Assembly: GCA_041947015.1 (NCBI GenBank)
Contig: JBHGBL010000008.1
Location: 5,878 to 69,877, forward strand
Direction: 5' to 3'
Source of the DNA: Vicinamibacterales bacterium
GTDB lineage: Bacteria > Acidobacteriota > Vicinamibacteria > Vicinamibacterales > Fen-181
DNA: 64,000 nucleotides
Below the pieces are notes generated by a model. The model saw nothing but the letters and a program-made list of their open reading frames with translations, was not told the DNA's origin and did no database searches. A program made the position numbers and the translations under genes. Shown here in pieces: positions 50,364 through 58,443 of this stretch. Each line of letters begins with the position of its first letter. Positions within the stretch are counted from its first letter, which is position 1.

Positions 50364-50760
50364 TGTGAATCGGGATGCGGCGCGCCGGATCCCGCGCAGA
50401 TCCAATCTTGACAGCGTAGCTGGTGCGATCGGCCACGTCCTCGGCCGTGACGATGTGGACGTCGAGCATCCCGCCGGCGTCGTGCCCGGTCCGGAGGCGG
50501 TTCGTCTCGCCGAGGCAAAGGCTCCAACCCTCGAGCCAAAGCATCAGGGCTTCTCTCTGAGCGGGCGTGCCCTCGAAGAGCACGAGCAGGTCGATGTCGC
50601 TCCCCGGGCCCGCCGTTGCGTCCTTGGTGCTTCCGATTACGTAGAGCGCCCTCACGCCGAAGCGGGCTCCGTCGAGGTGGGAGCCGAGGCGTTCGGCCAT
50701 CTGCAGCCTCCAACGCGAGTCGTCCCGCAGCAGGTCCCATGCAGCTTCTTCGTTTGCCAT
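50344..50760 (-). CDS. Pol-beta superfamily nucleotidyltransferase domain protein
   Basis: LYVIGSTKDATAGPGSDIDLLV (GS...DxD) and a third Asp in LDVHIV. AGGAG RBS. Confidence 0.85.
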   Translation of the reverse strand: MANEEAAWDLLRDDSRWRLQMAERLGSHLDGARFGVRALYVIGSTKDATAGPGSDIDLLVLFEGTPAQREALMLWLEGWSLCLGETNRLRTGHDAGGMLDVHIVTAEDVADRTSYAVKIGSARDPARRIPIHITPGRA

Positions 50761-50770
50761 GCGGGGCTCC

Positions 50771-52480
50771 TTACCCCGGTTTGACTATCAGCCCGCGGCC
50801 GATACGGCCGTCCACCATGATGTCCAGGGGCGCGGGTAGAACGACATGGCGGGCGAACCTCGATTCGCCCGCTGCCTGCTGCGCATCGAGCCAGGGCCAG
50901 TCCACCTCGTAGGGCTCGCCGTGGCCCACCGAAAAGTAGAGGACCCGGCGGCTGGCAATGTTGTGGAAGAAATGCGACCCGTGGCTCGCCATCACGTCGA
51001 ACTGCGGCAGCGTGGCTTCGACGATGGCGCGAGCGCCCGCGATCTGGCCGAAGTCTGCTGGTATTCCCGCGGACGCGTCGGTGGTTCCCCAGCGGCCGAA
51101 ACCAATGAGCAGGTACGGCCGCCCGCTCGCGACCAGCGCCTGGTTCTCTGCCTCGAGCGCCTCGACGATCTCGGCTCCGTGCCGGGGTTCGAACGCGGAC
51201 GGTTTGACGTAGACGATGTCCCTGATGGTACGCACAATCCCGTTCCCCATCACTCGATCCGAGGCAGCCAGCACCCGTGCGCGCGGGAGGTCCACGACCG
51301 GTACTTCAACCTCTGGGTAGGCAGCTGCCATCGGCCTAACCTGCAGCAGGTCGAACCTCGCCGGCAGCGGCCCGGGCTCGCCGAACGTCATGGCGAACTC
51401 GATCTCGACGGGGCGGCCGATCGCGATGCGCAGGAGGCCGAGCAGATCGACCACGAGGGGGACGAGCGGGATCCGCCGTGCCTTCAGGATTGGTGCGAAA
51501 TCGAGGACGCGCGGCCCGGGCAAGGCTAGCCCCGAGACGATGCGGTCGTCGTCGGCCGAATACGTCGAGGCCAGGAAGGTGAGCGCTCCATCCGCCTCCG
51601 CTTCGGCAAGCGTGTACCGCCTCATCGCACCTCGTTCCAGGCCGTCGGCCCACCTGCCCGCTCGGCAGTCTCCTCCTGAGGCGAGGTCGATGGCCCAGAA
51701 GCTCTTCTGCGTTTGCTCGACCAGGTCGATCGGAGCGCCATAGGGGGGGTTGGCGTGGGGCTGCGCAGGCGAACATCGCCATGCCAGGCCTTCCTCTACG
51801 ATCGTCCGGCCGAGTCCGAGTGCGAGCTCCACCACGCCGTCGTCGGGACGCGCAAGGCCGGCCGCGTAGAAGTTGTACGAGCGCGCGACGCCGGAAATGT
51901 GCGGGTAGAAACGGTCGTTTCGTTCTCTGCCTGCCGCCAGTTGAACGACGACCCCCATCTTCTCGTCGCGATCCAAACGGCCGGACGACGCACGGTATCG
52001 GCGCGCGCTGCGGGCAAAGGCCGACGCGTAAACTCTCTTCACCGCCGCGCAAGCTTCCTCGAGCCTGGTCGCCGGACTGCCGCGGCTCGCAACCATGAGG
52101 GTCGAGTAGACTCCAGCGAAGGGATCCTCCGCGGCGTCCTCCAAAACGCTCGACGAGCGTACAGCGAGAGGGCCACGATGTCGTTCGAGCCACCCTTCGA
52201 GGGCTTGCACGGCGCCGTCAGGGAGCGAGGCGGCAGCGAAAGAGCGAACGAGTTCGTCGTCCGGCGGCTCCCCCCCGGCTGTGAAGCGAGCCAATCCGTT
52301 TTCGTCCAGGAATCTTTCGAAGGCGTCCGTGGAGACTGCAATCAGCGCCGGGATGCCGATTTCCAATCCAGCGAAGAGCCGCGACGCGAGGCCGGCTTCC
52401 GCCAAGACCTCCCGGCCGATGAAAAGGCCTCGGGCCTTGGCGCCGATCTCGCCGCCGCCGTAAACGGCGAAGGGGTCCAT
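50771..52480 (-). CDS. PEP-synthase/PPDK N-terminal-like ATP-grasp protein with His-motif domain
   Basis: IGAKARG, LAVRSSSVLED...FAGVY, EKMGVVVQ, SGVARS, LGLGRTIV, VEIEFA, LQVRP, GRWG, GSHFFHN. Confidence 0.88.
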   Translation of the reverse strand: MDPFAVYGGGEIGAKARGLFIGREVLAEAGLASRLFAGLEIGIPALIAVSTDAFERFLDENGLARFTAGGEPPDDELVRSFAAASLPDGAVQALEGWLERHRGPLAVRSSSVLEDAAEDPFAGVYSTLMVASRGSPATRLEEACAAVKRVYASAFARSARRYRASSGRLDRDEKMGVVVQLAAGRERNDRFYPHISGVARSYNFYAAGLARPDDGVVELALGLGRTIVEEGLAWRCSPAQPHANPPYGAPIDLVEQTQKSFWAIDLASGGDCRAGRWADGLERGAMRRYTLAEAEADGALTFLASTYSADDDRIVSGLALPGPRVLDFAPILKARRIPLVPLVVDLLGLLRIAIGRPVEIEFAMTFGEPGPLPARFDLLQVRPMAAAYPEVEVPVVDLPRARVLAASDRVMGNGIVRTIRDIVYVKPSAFEPRHGAEIVEALEAENQALVASGRPYLLIGFGRWGTTDASAGIPADFGQIAGARAIVEATLPQFDVMASHGSHFFHNIASRRVLYFSVGHGEPYEVDWPWLDAQQAAGESRFARHVVLPAPLDIMVDGRIGRGLIVKPG

Positions 52481-55432
52481 CTAGGCTCCCGGCTTCATCA
52501 CGATGCCCGTATTCGACCGCCCGTCGAGGAGGATCTTCAATGGCGCGGCGCACGCGATGTGCCGGAGGAAGGTCGTTTCGGTCTCGGCCGGCTGGCGTTC
52601 CAGCCAGCAGGTGTCAAGAAGGTCGCCGGGCCGGTGCCGATCGACCGTCAGGTACCCGATCCCGAACGAGACGAGGTTCTGGAAGAAGTGCGAGCCGTCT
52701 GAGGGCTCCACCTCGATGTCGGAGAGTCCCGTCTCGACAATGCATCGCACGCCCGCGATCTGTGCCCACTTGACCGGTATGCCGAGCCACGGGTCGGCGC
52801 TTCCCCACCTCCCCGGTCCAATCAGGAGGTAGGGACGCCCCATCTGCTGGAGCCTCCGGTTCATTTCGCCCACCTCGGCGGCGACCTTCGCGGTATGAGC
52901 GCGCTCGAACCGTTCCGGGCGGACGTAGACGACGTCCGACACGTTCTCGATGCTGCCGTTTCCAAGCGAGGAGTGCGAGACGCAGACCGCCTGGTCGCCG
53001 GCGGTCTCGTCGATTCGAACGTCGTAGGCTTCGGAGCCCAGAACGAGGGGGCGGAGCTGCAAGAAGGCGAACTGGTGCGGCTCTCTGGCGTCGCTCGAAA
53101 GGTTGACGGCGAACTCTATCTCGACCGGGCACGACGCCGCGGCAGCGCCGACCTCGAGAAGGAAAGCGGTGACGTCGGCCAGCGGGAACCTGTGCCCCTT
53201 CAAAATGCTCGCCATGGTGACGAGCCTTGTGCCGTCCCGCGAGATGCCGTCGTAGATGGCGTCGGTATCGGGCGAGTAGACGGAACCAACGGCGTGGAGC
53301 GTACCGTGCTTCTCGGCGACCGAAATGTCCAGCGGCACCAGGTCGGGCGCATAGAGGCTGGACTGCGAGAGGTCGAGCGCGAGGAACGTCCGCTGGGAGT
53401 TCTCGATGTACTCGGCCGGGGTGAACGACTGGATTGGCTTGCGCGGGTGGCGGGGCGAGAACCGCACGCACCTTCCGCCTTCGACGACCGTCTTTCCCAT
53501 CCCGAGCGCCACCGACACCACGCCGTCCTCGGGCTTGACGCCGCCCGTGGCGTAGAAGTTCAGCGAGCGGCCCACGCCGGCGAGATCGGGGTAGAGATAC
53601 TCGCCGTGCGACCGACCGACAACCTGCTGGATGACAACCGCCATCTTCTCTTCTTCGAGACGGTTGGGCAGCGAGGCCATGTATGCCTTGGGGTCGCCGT
53701 GGTAGGTCGACGCGTAGACGCGCTGGATAGCGACGGAAAGCTCCTCCAGCCGCGTTTCCGGGTCATCGGCGTTGTTGGGGGTCATGAACGTCTTGTAGAT
53801 CCCCGCGAAAGGCTGGTACAGAGCATCCTCGAGGAGGCTGGAGGAGCGGACGGCGAGAGGATAGCGGACCCACTGCAGGAAGTCCCACAGGTGCGCGAGC
53901 ACGTCCCGCGGCAGCTCGTGCTCCATGAACGCCCGTGTCACGCGTTCGTCGTCGGATTCCTGAAGCGCGAACTCCATCAGGCCCGACGCGCGCATGAAGC
54001 GGTCGAACACCTCGGTCGTGAGGACGACGGTCGGGGGTACCTGGATGCTGATGCCCGAGAACCGGTTCTGAAGCCCGTAGGCTGATATCAGGGAGTTTAT
54101 GAAGGCGAGGCCGCGGCCTTTGCCTCCGAGCGACCCGTCGCCGATTCTGACGAACCCGCTGCCGCTTTCGAAGGCGCGCGCCGAATAGTCCACGACAACG
54201 CCCGCCACCTGGCGCTGCCGTGTGCCACGTACCGCGTCGAGCAGCGCCTGCCGGAGCGCTCCGGCTGCCGGCGATGCGTCGAGCAGCCTGCGAACGGTTT
54301 CTGCGAGTTCCGCCTGCCCGCGGGCGAGCAGCCAGGTCGAGAAGTCTGGGCGCGCCACGTTGGCCCGAAGCACCTCGTCGGAGACCGCTTCCGCAGCCCA
54401 CTCCAGAGCTCGGAGGTCCGGGACCCGGCTGATCACGCGCCCATCGGGGCCCTGGAACACGAAGTCGCCGAACCCGAGTCGACTCTGCATGAAATTGCGC
54501 AGATCGCCGAGCAGGGTAGGGGAGTTCTTGTCAATGAACTCGAGGCCGACCTCCGATGCCAGGTGCGCGTTTCGCGAGTCCGACTGCATCAGGATAGGGA
54601 GGCCGGGCGAATTCTCGAGGAAGTGCTTCGCTGTGCGGAAGCCGGCGTCGGCTACCACCTTGCCTTGGACTGGAAAGGCGGCGTCCAGGATGACGCCGAG
54701 AAGATGCTCGCGGTGACGGTCGTAGAGCTCGAGAGCCTCCTCGTAGCACCGCGCGAGGAGAACCTTGGGCCGCGCCCGCGCGCGCATCACCTTCTGTGCC
54801 CGGGTGGGACTGGCCGCCTGCAGCGCGTGCACCTGGTTGAAGATCTCGGTGTACAGCATCGGGAGGTACGACGAGTAGAACTGCACCGAGTCCTCGACGA
54901 GGATGATGCTCCTTACGCCGGCGACGCAGGCGTCGTGCCAGGCGTTGCGCCTGTCCTCGACGTTCTTGACGATGGCGAGGAACAGTCGGACGTCTCCGAG
55001 CCAGACGAAGAGGCCATCGACGCCCGAGACCCCGGTTCCGGCCTCGAGCACGCTAGCTTCCCTGGGGCTGCAAGCCAGCAGGACAACGGGGACCTCCGGG
55101 TTCACCGAACGCACGGCGCGCCCGAACTCCGAGACCTCCATGTTGCCGACCCGCGCCATGGAGATCACCAGGTCGAACCGCTCCTTCTGGAGGCGAGCCA
55201 GCGCCTCGGCAGCCGTCGAGACGCGCTGTATCGACGGCGTGAAACGAAGTTCCAAATCCAGGTACTCCGAGAGCAGCATCTCGGAGAACCTCCAGTCCTC
55301 GATGAAGGTGTAGTAGTCGTACAGGCTGCTGACGAGCAGGAGATTGCTGACCTTCCACGGCATCAGGGCGTCGTACGGCACCCCGGCCTCGGGGAGGCTT
55401 CCGACAATCTCGCCGAGCACCGCGTCGCGCAT
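52481..55432 (-). CDS. Receiver domains fused to a PEP-synthase-like ATP-grasp plus His-motif domain
   Basis: N-terminal pseudo-REC plus REC (ILVEDS...VILDAAFP...DKNS), then GGKGRG, AVRSSSLLED, EEKMAVVIQ, LQLRP, GPGRWGS, GSHFFQN. Confidence 0.9.
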   Translation of the reverse strand: MRDAVLGEIVGSLPEAGVPYDALMPWKVSNLLLVSSLYDYYTFIEDWRFSEMLLSEYLDLELRFTPSIQRVSTAAEALARLQKERFDLVISMARVGNMEVSEFGRAVRSVNPEVPVVLLACSPREASVLEAGTGVSGVDGLFVWLGDVRLFLAIVKNVEDRRNAWHDACVAGVRSIILVEDSVQFYSSYLPMLYTEIFNQVHALQAASPTRAQKVMRARARPKVLLARCYEEALELYDRHREHLLGVILDAAFPVQGKVVADAGFRTAKHFLENSPGLPILMQSDSRNAHLASEVGLEFIDKNSPTLLGDLRNFMQSRLGFGDFVFQGPDGRVISRVPDLRALEWAAEAVSDEVLRANVARPDFSTWLLARGQAELAETVRRLLDASPAAGALRQALLDAVRGTRQRQVAGVVVDYSARAFESGSGFVRIGDGSLGGKGRGLAFINSLISAYGLQNRFSGISIQVPPTVVLTTEVFDRFMRASGLMEFALQESDDERVTRAFMEHELPRDVLAHLWDFLQWVRYPLAVRSSSLLEDALYQPFAGIYKTFMTPNNADDPETRLEELSVAIQRVYASTYHGDPKAYMASLPNRLEEEKMAVVIQQVVGRSHGEYLYPDLAGVGRSLNFYATGGVKPEDGVVSVALGMGKTVVEGGRCVRFSPRHPRKPIQSFTPAEYIENSQRTFLALDLSQSSLYAPDLVPLDISVAEKHGTLHAVGSVYSPDTDAIYDGISRDGTRLVTMASILKGHRFPLADVTAFLLEVGAAAASCPVEIEFAVNLSSDAREPHQFAFLQLRPLVLGSEAYDVRIDETAGDQAVCVSHSSLGNGSIENVSDVVYVRPERFERAHTAKVAAEVGEMNRRLQQMGRPYLLIGPGRWGSADPWLGIPVKWAQIAGVRCIVETGLSDIEVEPSDGSHFFQNLVSFGIGYLTVDRHRPGDLLDTCWLERQPAETETTFLRHIACAAPLKILLDGRSNTGIVMKPGA

Positions 55433-55488
55433 GACCTTCCCCGGCTGGCGTTACAGACGGCGCCGACATAGCGGCGCCCATCGAACCG

Positions 55489-58242
55489 TCACATCACGCG
55501 TTCGGATGCATCCGCCAGGAACCCGATTGCCTCGTCCTTGTCGCCGTCCATGATGACGTTGAGCTCACGGTTGCCCGCGGCTTCGGCCACATCGATCACC
55601 CTCACGACGTTCTCGAGGTACGCGTACTCCGGGAGCAGCGTCGCCAGCGAGTTGGGCGCCGTGCGGAAGAACTCCTCGTTGAAGACGATCCCGTCTTCGT
55701 CGGGGTAGAGCGCCAGGTAGCGTATCTTCGCCTCGACCAGGTCCTGGAAGAAGTGCGTGCCGAAGGACAGGTCGGGGACGTAGCCGCCCTTCTTGCGCGC
55801 GATCTCGACGAGGAGCGCCGTGTTCGAGATGCCCGCGTATGTTACCCGAACACCGAGCGTAATATCCCCTCGGCTCCCCCACCGGCCGGGGCCCATGAGC
55901 GCGAAGCCGCGCCGTGGGAGCACCGTGTTCAGTCGGCTCACCGCCTCGCCGACCGCGATCATGTCCGTCATTTTCGAAAGGCCTGCGTACCCCGTCGGAT
56001 CCACGTAGACGATGTAGCGGATCCCTCGCACCTGGGCGGTGCTCACGTAGCGGTTCGCGGTGAAGAGCTTGCGAGACTCCGGGATGCCGGACGGGACAGG
56101 CACGCGCCGCTCGTCGCCGCCGCCGCTTTGCGGCCGGCACTGCACTATGTAGAGATCCTTGCCGTCATGTGCGAACTCGACGTCCACCGGCGCCCCGATC
56201 GCGTCCTTCAGCGCGGCCATGATCTCCTTCATCTGCTTGAGAAAGTCGGTGCCTTCGAGCAGCCCGGCGAAGGTGACCACGACGTCATCGGACTCGGGCC
56301 GGAACGTCAGGCCCATTGGGCGCCGCAGCGTGTCGTTCGAGTAGACCGAGAAGATCTTGTCGATCATCGGCATCCGGCGCCCGACCTCCCGGAGCAGGAC
56401 CTCGATCCGCGGCGACTCGAAGCGCCCGGTCTGCATGTTGAGGACGTCCACCTGATGCTGCGAGTAGTGCCTGATCTCGTCGGGCGTCACGTTGACCCGG
56501 AGGCCAGGTTGGCCTGGACAGACAAGCACCGGATAGTCGTCGCCCACGCGATCCACGGCCCGTGTGCCGAGGCCCATCACCATCCTTATCGCGCCGTCCT
56601 CGCGCCGGATCCGGGGCGACCACCTGAACTCGTTCTGGCTGAATGCGACCCCTGCGAACGCCGGCAGGAAGTAGCGGCCGACGCGGACCCCGACGACACG
56701 CTGGATGAGTACCGCCATCTCCTCCATGAAGTCCACGAGGTCGCGTTCCTTCCGGTACTGGATCGGGTCAGGGCCGAAGAGAGACGCGTAGATCTCGGCT
56801 ATGGCATCCGTAAGAGCAGCCAGGCGCTCTTCCTTTGTGCCGGCATTGGCGAGGAACAGGCTGCGGTACTTGCCCGAGAACGCGGCGCCCTCGTTGTCTT
56901 CGAGCAGGCTCGATGAGCGGACAACCAGCGGCCAGTCGCCCAGATCGTCCAGCGCGAGCTTCAACCCGTTCAGCAGCTCGGGCGGGAAGAACGAGTGCTT
57001 GAAGGTCTGCTCGAGGTACGGGTAGCTCTGGCGCACCTCGTCGACCGGGTAGTACTTGAAGCTCTGGATGTCTTCAAGGCTGTTGTAGCGAATGAAGTCC
57101 AGGAGCCCGTCCGACGTCACCACCCACGTGTGCGGCACCCTGACGCGCTCGATGAGCGGGTTGCCGCGGCCCACCTTGCGCAGGATGTGCTCGGCGAGGA
57201 ACAAGCCCGTTGCCTTCCCCCCGAGCTTCCCGTTCCCGCGAGGCGGCCCGATGACTCGCGAGAGGATGCGTCCGAAATCATGGATGGTCAGATAGCGCTT
57301 CGCGATGCCGATGAGCGACAGGCGGTCGCTCAGGAACCGCCGGATCAGGGCCACTCTCGCGTTCAGGTCGTCTGACGGCGCAAGCGCAGCCTCTCCCTCC
57401 TGCGCGGAGCGGCAGAACCGGTTGACGATGTCGCTCATCTCGATGAGCGGCAGGTCTCGCTGCTCGGAAGCCACCGTCAGGAAGCCCAGCTTGTCCTGAC
57501 GTATCCACTGTTTCAGGAGCGTCGAGAGTGCGGCGTCGGGCACGGTTATCGACGCAACCCGGATGATCTCCTCGAGCACCCGGTTCAGCGTCTTCATGTC
57601 CTGCTTGGGTAGCGGCTGGTTCCCCCCTCCACTCTCTCGTTCGCTGTAGAGAGCGGGGTCGAGCTGCTGGATCAGCCGCTGGACTCCCGGCACGCCGAGC
57701 TTCGAGAGGTGGTTCATGAGCCGGCGAAGCAAACGCCGCCACAGGACCGGGTCGGTTTCCTCCAGCAAGTCGAGGACGATCTCCCACTCCGGCTTCTGCA
57801 CAGGCGCCTGAGACTCGATGTGCCCGGCGTGACTGGCCTCGGCCAGCCTCTCCTCGATTGCGCGCCCGAGCCAGCGCGCAATGGTCTGGATGAGCTTCCG
57901 CTCTTCCAGAAGGAACGGATCGTCCCCGTCGTGATCCTCGAGGTAGGCAACCTCGAGGCTGCCGACGAACTTGCCATCGGCGACGATGTTCGCGCGCTGC
58001 ATCCACTGAGTGGCCTCGAAGCCAGCCGTCTGGTAGACCGAGTCGGCGTAGGTAATTCGGGCCCTGCACACCTCCGGGCGCTGCCACCCCATCGGAAGGG
58101 TTTCGACCACCTGGCGGAGCACCTCATCGATTGGAAGGTCCGCCCTCTGGACGATATCCGAAACGGCGTACAGGCACTGGAGCTCCTTGGCCCGCTCGGT
58201 CAGGTGCGCTGTGGCGGTCTGCTCCCGTCGTTCGGTGGCCAT
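55489..58242 (-). CDS. GAF-like sensor domain fused to a PEP-synthase-like ATP-grasp plus His-motif domain
   Basis: ERAKELQCLY N-terminal domain, GGKATG, VRSSSLLED..FSGKY, EEMAVLIQ, GLGTRAV, VEFA, VQCRP, GPGRWGS, GTHFFQD. Confidence 0.9.
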   Translation of the reverse strand: MATERREQTATAHLTERAKELQCLYAVSDIVQRADLPIDEVLRQVVETLPMGWQRPEVCRARITYADSVYQTAGFEATQWMQRANIVADGKFVGSLEVAYLEDHDGDDPFLLEERKLIQTIARWLGRAIEERLAEASHAGHIESQAPVQKPEWEIVLDLLEETDPVLWRRLLRRLMNHLSKLGVPGVQRLIQQLDPALYSERESGGGNQPLPKQDMKTLNRVLEEIIRVASITVPDAALSTLLKQWIRQDKLGFLTVASEQRDLPLIEMSDIVNRFCRSAQEGEAALAPSDDLNARVALIRRFLSDRLSLIGIAKRYLTIHDFGRILSRVIGPPRGNGKLGGKATGLFLAEHILRKVGRGNPLIERVRVPHTWVVTSDGLLDFIRYNSLEDIQSFKYYPVDEVRQSYPYLEQTFKHSFFPPELLNGLKLALDDLGDWPLVVRSSSLLEDNEGAAFSGKYRSLFLANAGTKEERLAALTDAIAEIYASLFGPDPIQYRKERDLVDFMEEMAVLIQRVVGVRVGRYFLPAFAGVAFSQNEFRWSPRIRREDGAIRMVMGLGTRAVDRVGDDYPVLVCPGQPGLRVNVTPDEIRHYSQHQVDVLNMQTGRFESPRIEVLLREVGRRMPMIDKIFSVYSNDTLRRPMGLTFRPESDDVVVTFAGLLEGTDFLKQMKEIMAALKDAIGAPVDVEFAHDGKDLYIVQCRPQSGGGDERRVPVPSGIPESRKLFTANRYVSTAQVRGIRYIVYVDPTGYAGLSKMTDMIAVGEAVSRLNTVLPRRGFALMGPGRWGSRGDITLGVRVTYAGISNTALLVEIARKKGGYVPDLSFGTHFFQDLVEAKIRYLALYPDEDGIVFNEEFFRTAPNSLATLLPEYAYLENVVRVIDVAEAAGNRELNVIMDGDKDEAIGFLADASERVM

Positions 58243-58275
58243 CGAGGGTCTCCCATGCAACATTACATTATCGAC

Positions 58276-58300
58276 AAAAAAGCCCGGGGTCGCAGCCGGG
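58276..58300 (-). terminator. Intrinsic terminator-like hairpin downstream of the second GDH
   Basis: Minus strand CCCGG-ctgcgacc-CCGGG-C-TTTTTT. Confidence 0.6.
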
Positions 58301-58443
58301 ATCCGCTGGGCGGTCCGGTGCGTCCCGGGCCTCGTAGAGAAGTCCCTGAATCAATAACTACAACCTATAACCTATGAATCATAACGCCTCGCCGGCCCCC
58401 CGTCGCCACTCCCGTCGAGTCTGCCCGGAGAAGCCGCACTCGC

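Noticed and set aside
50344-50760. MNT antitoxin of a HEPN-MNT pair, or a CBASS-type cyclase
   Set aside because: No HEPN (Rx4-6H) partner or effector gene is adjacent, the protein is too short for a CD-NTase, and it is the last gene of the dikinase operon.
46921-58242. Annotating the four ATP-grasp proteins as PEP synthase/PPDK (ppsA/ppdK)
   Set aside because: None has the C-terminal PEP/pyruvate-binding barrel or the GG.TSHAA motif, and two carry signalling domains.
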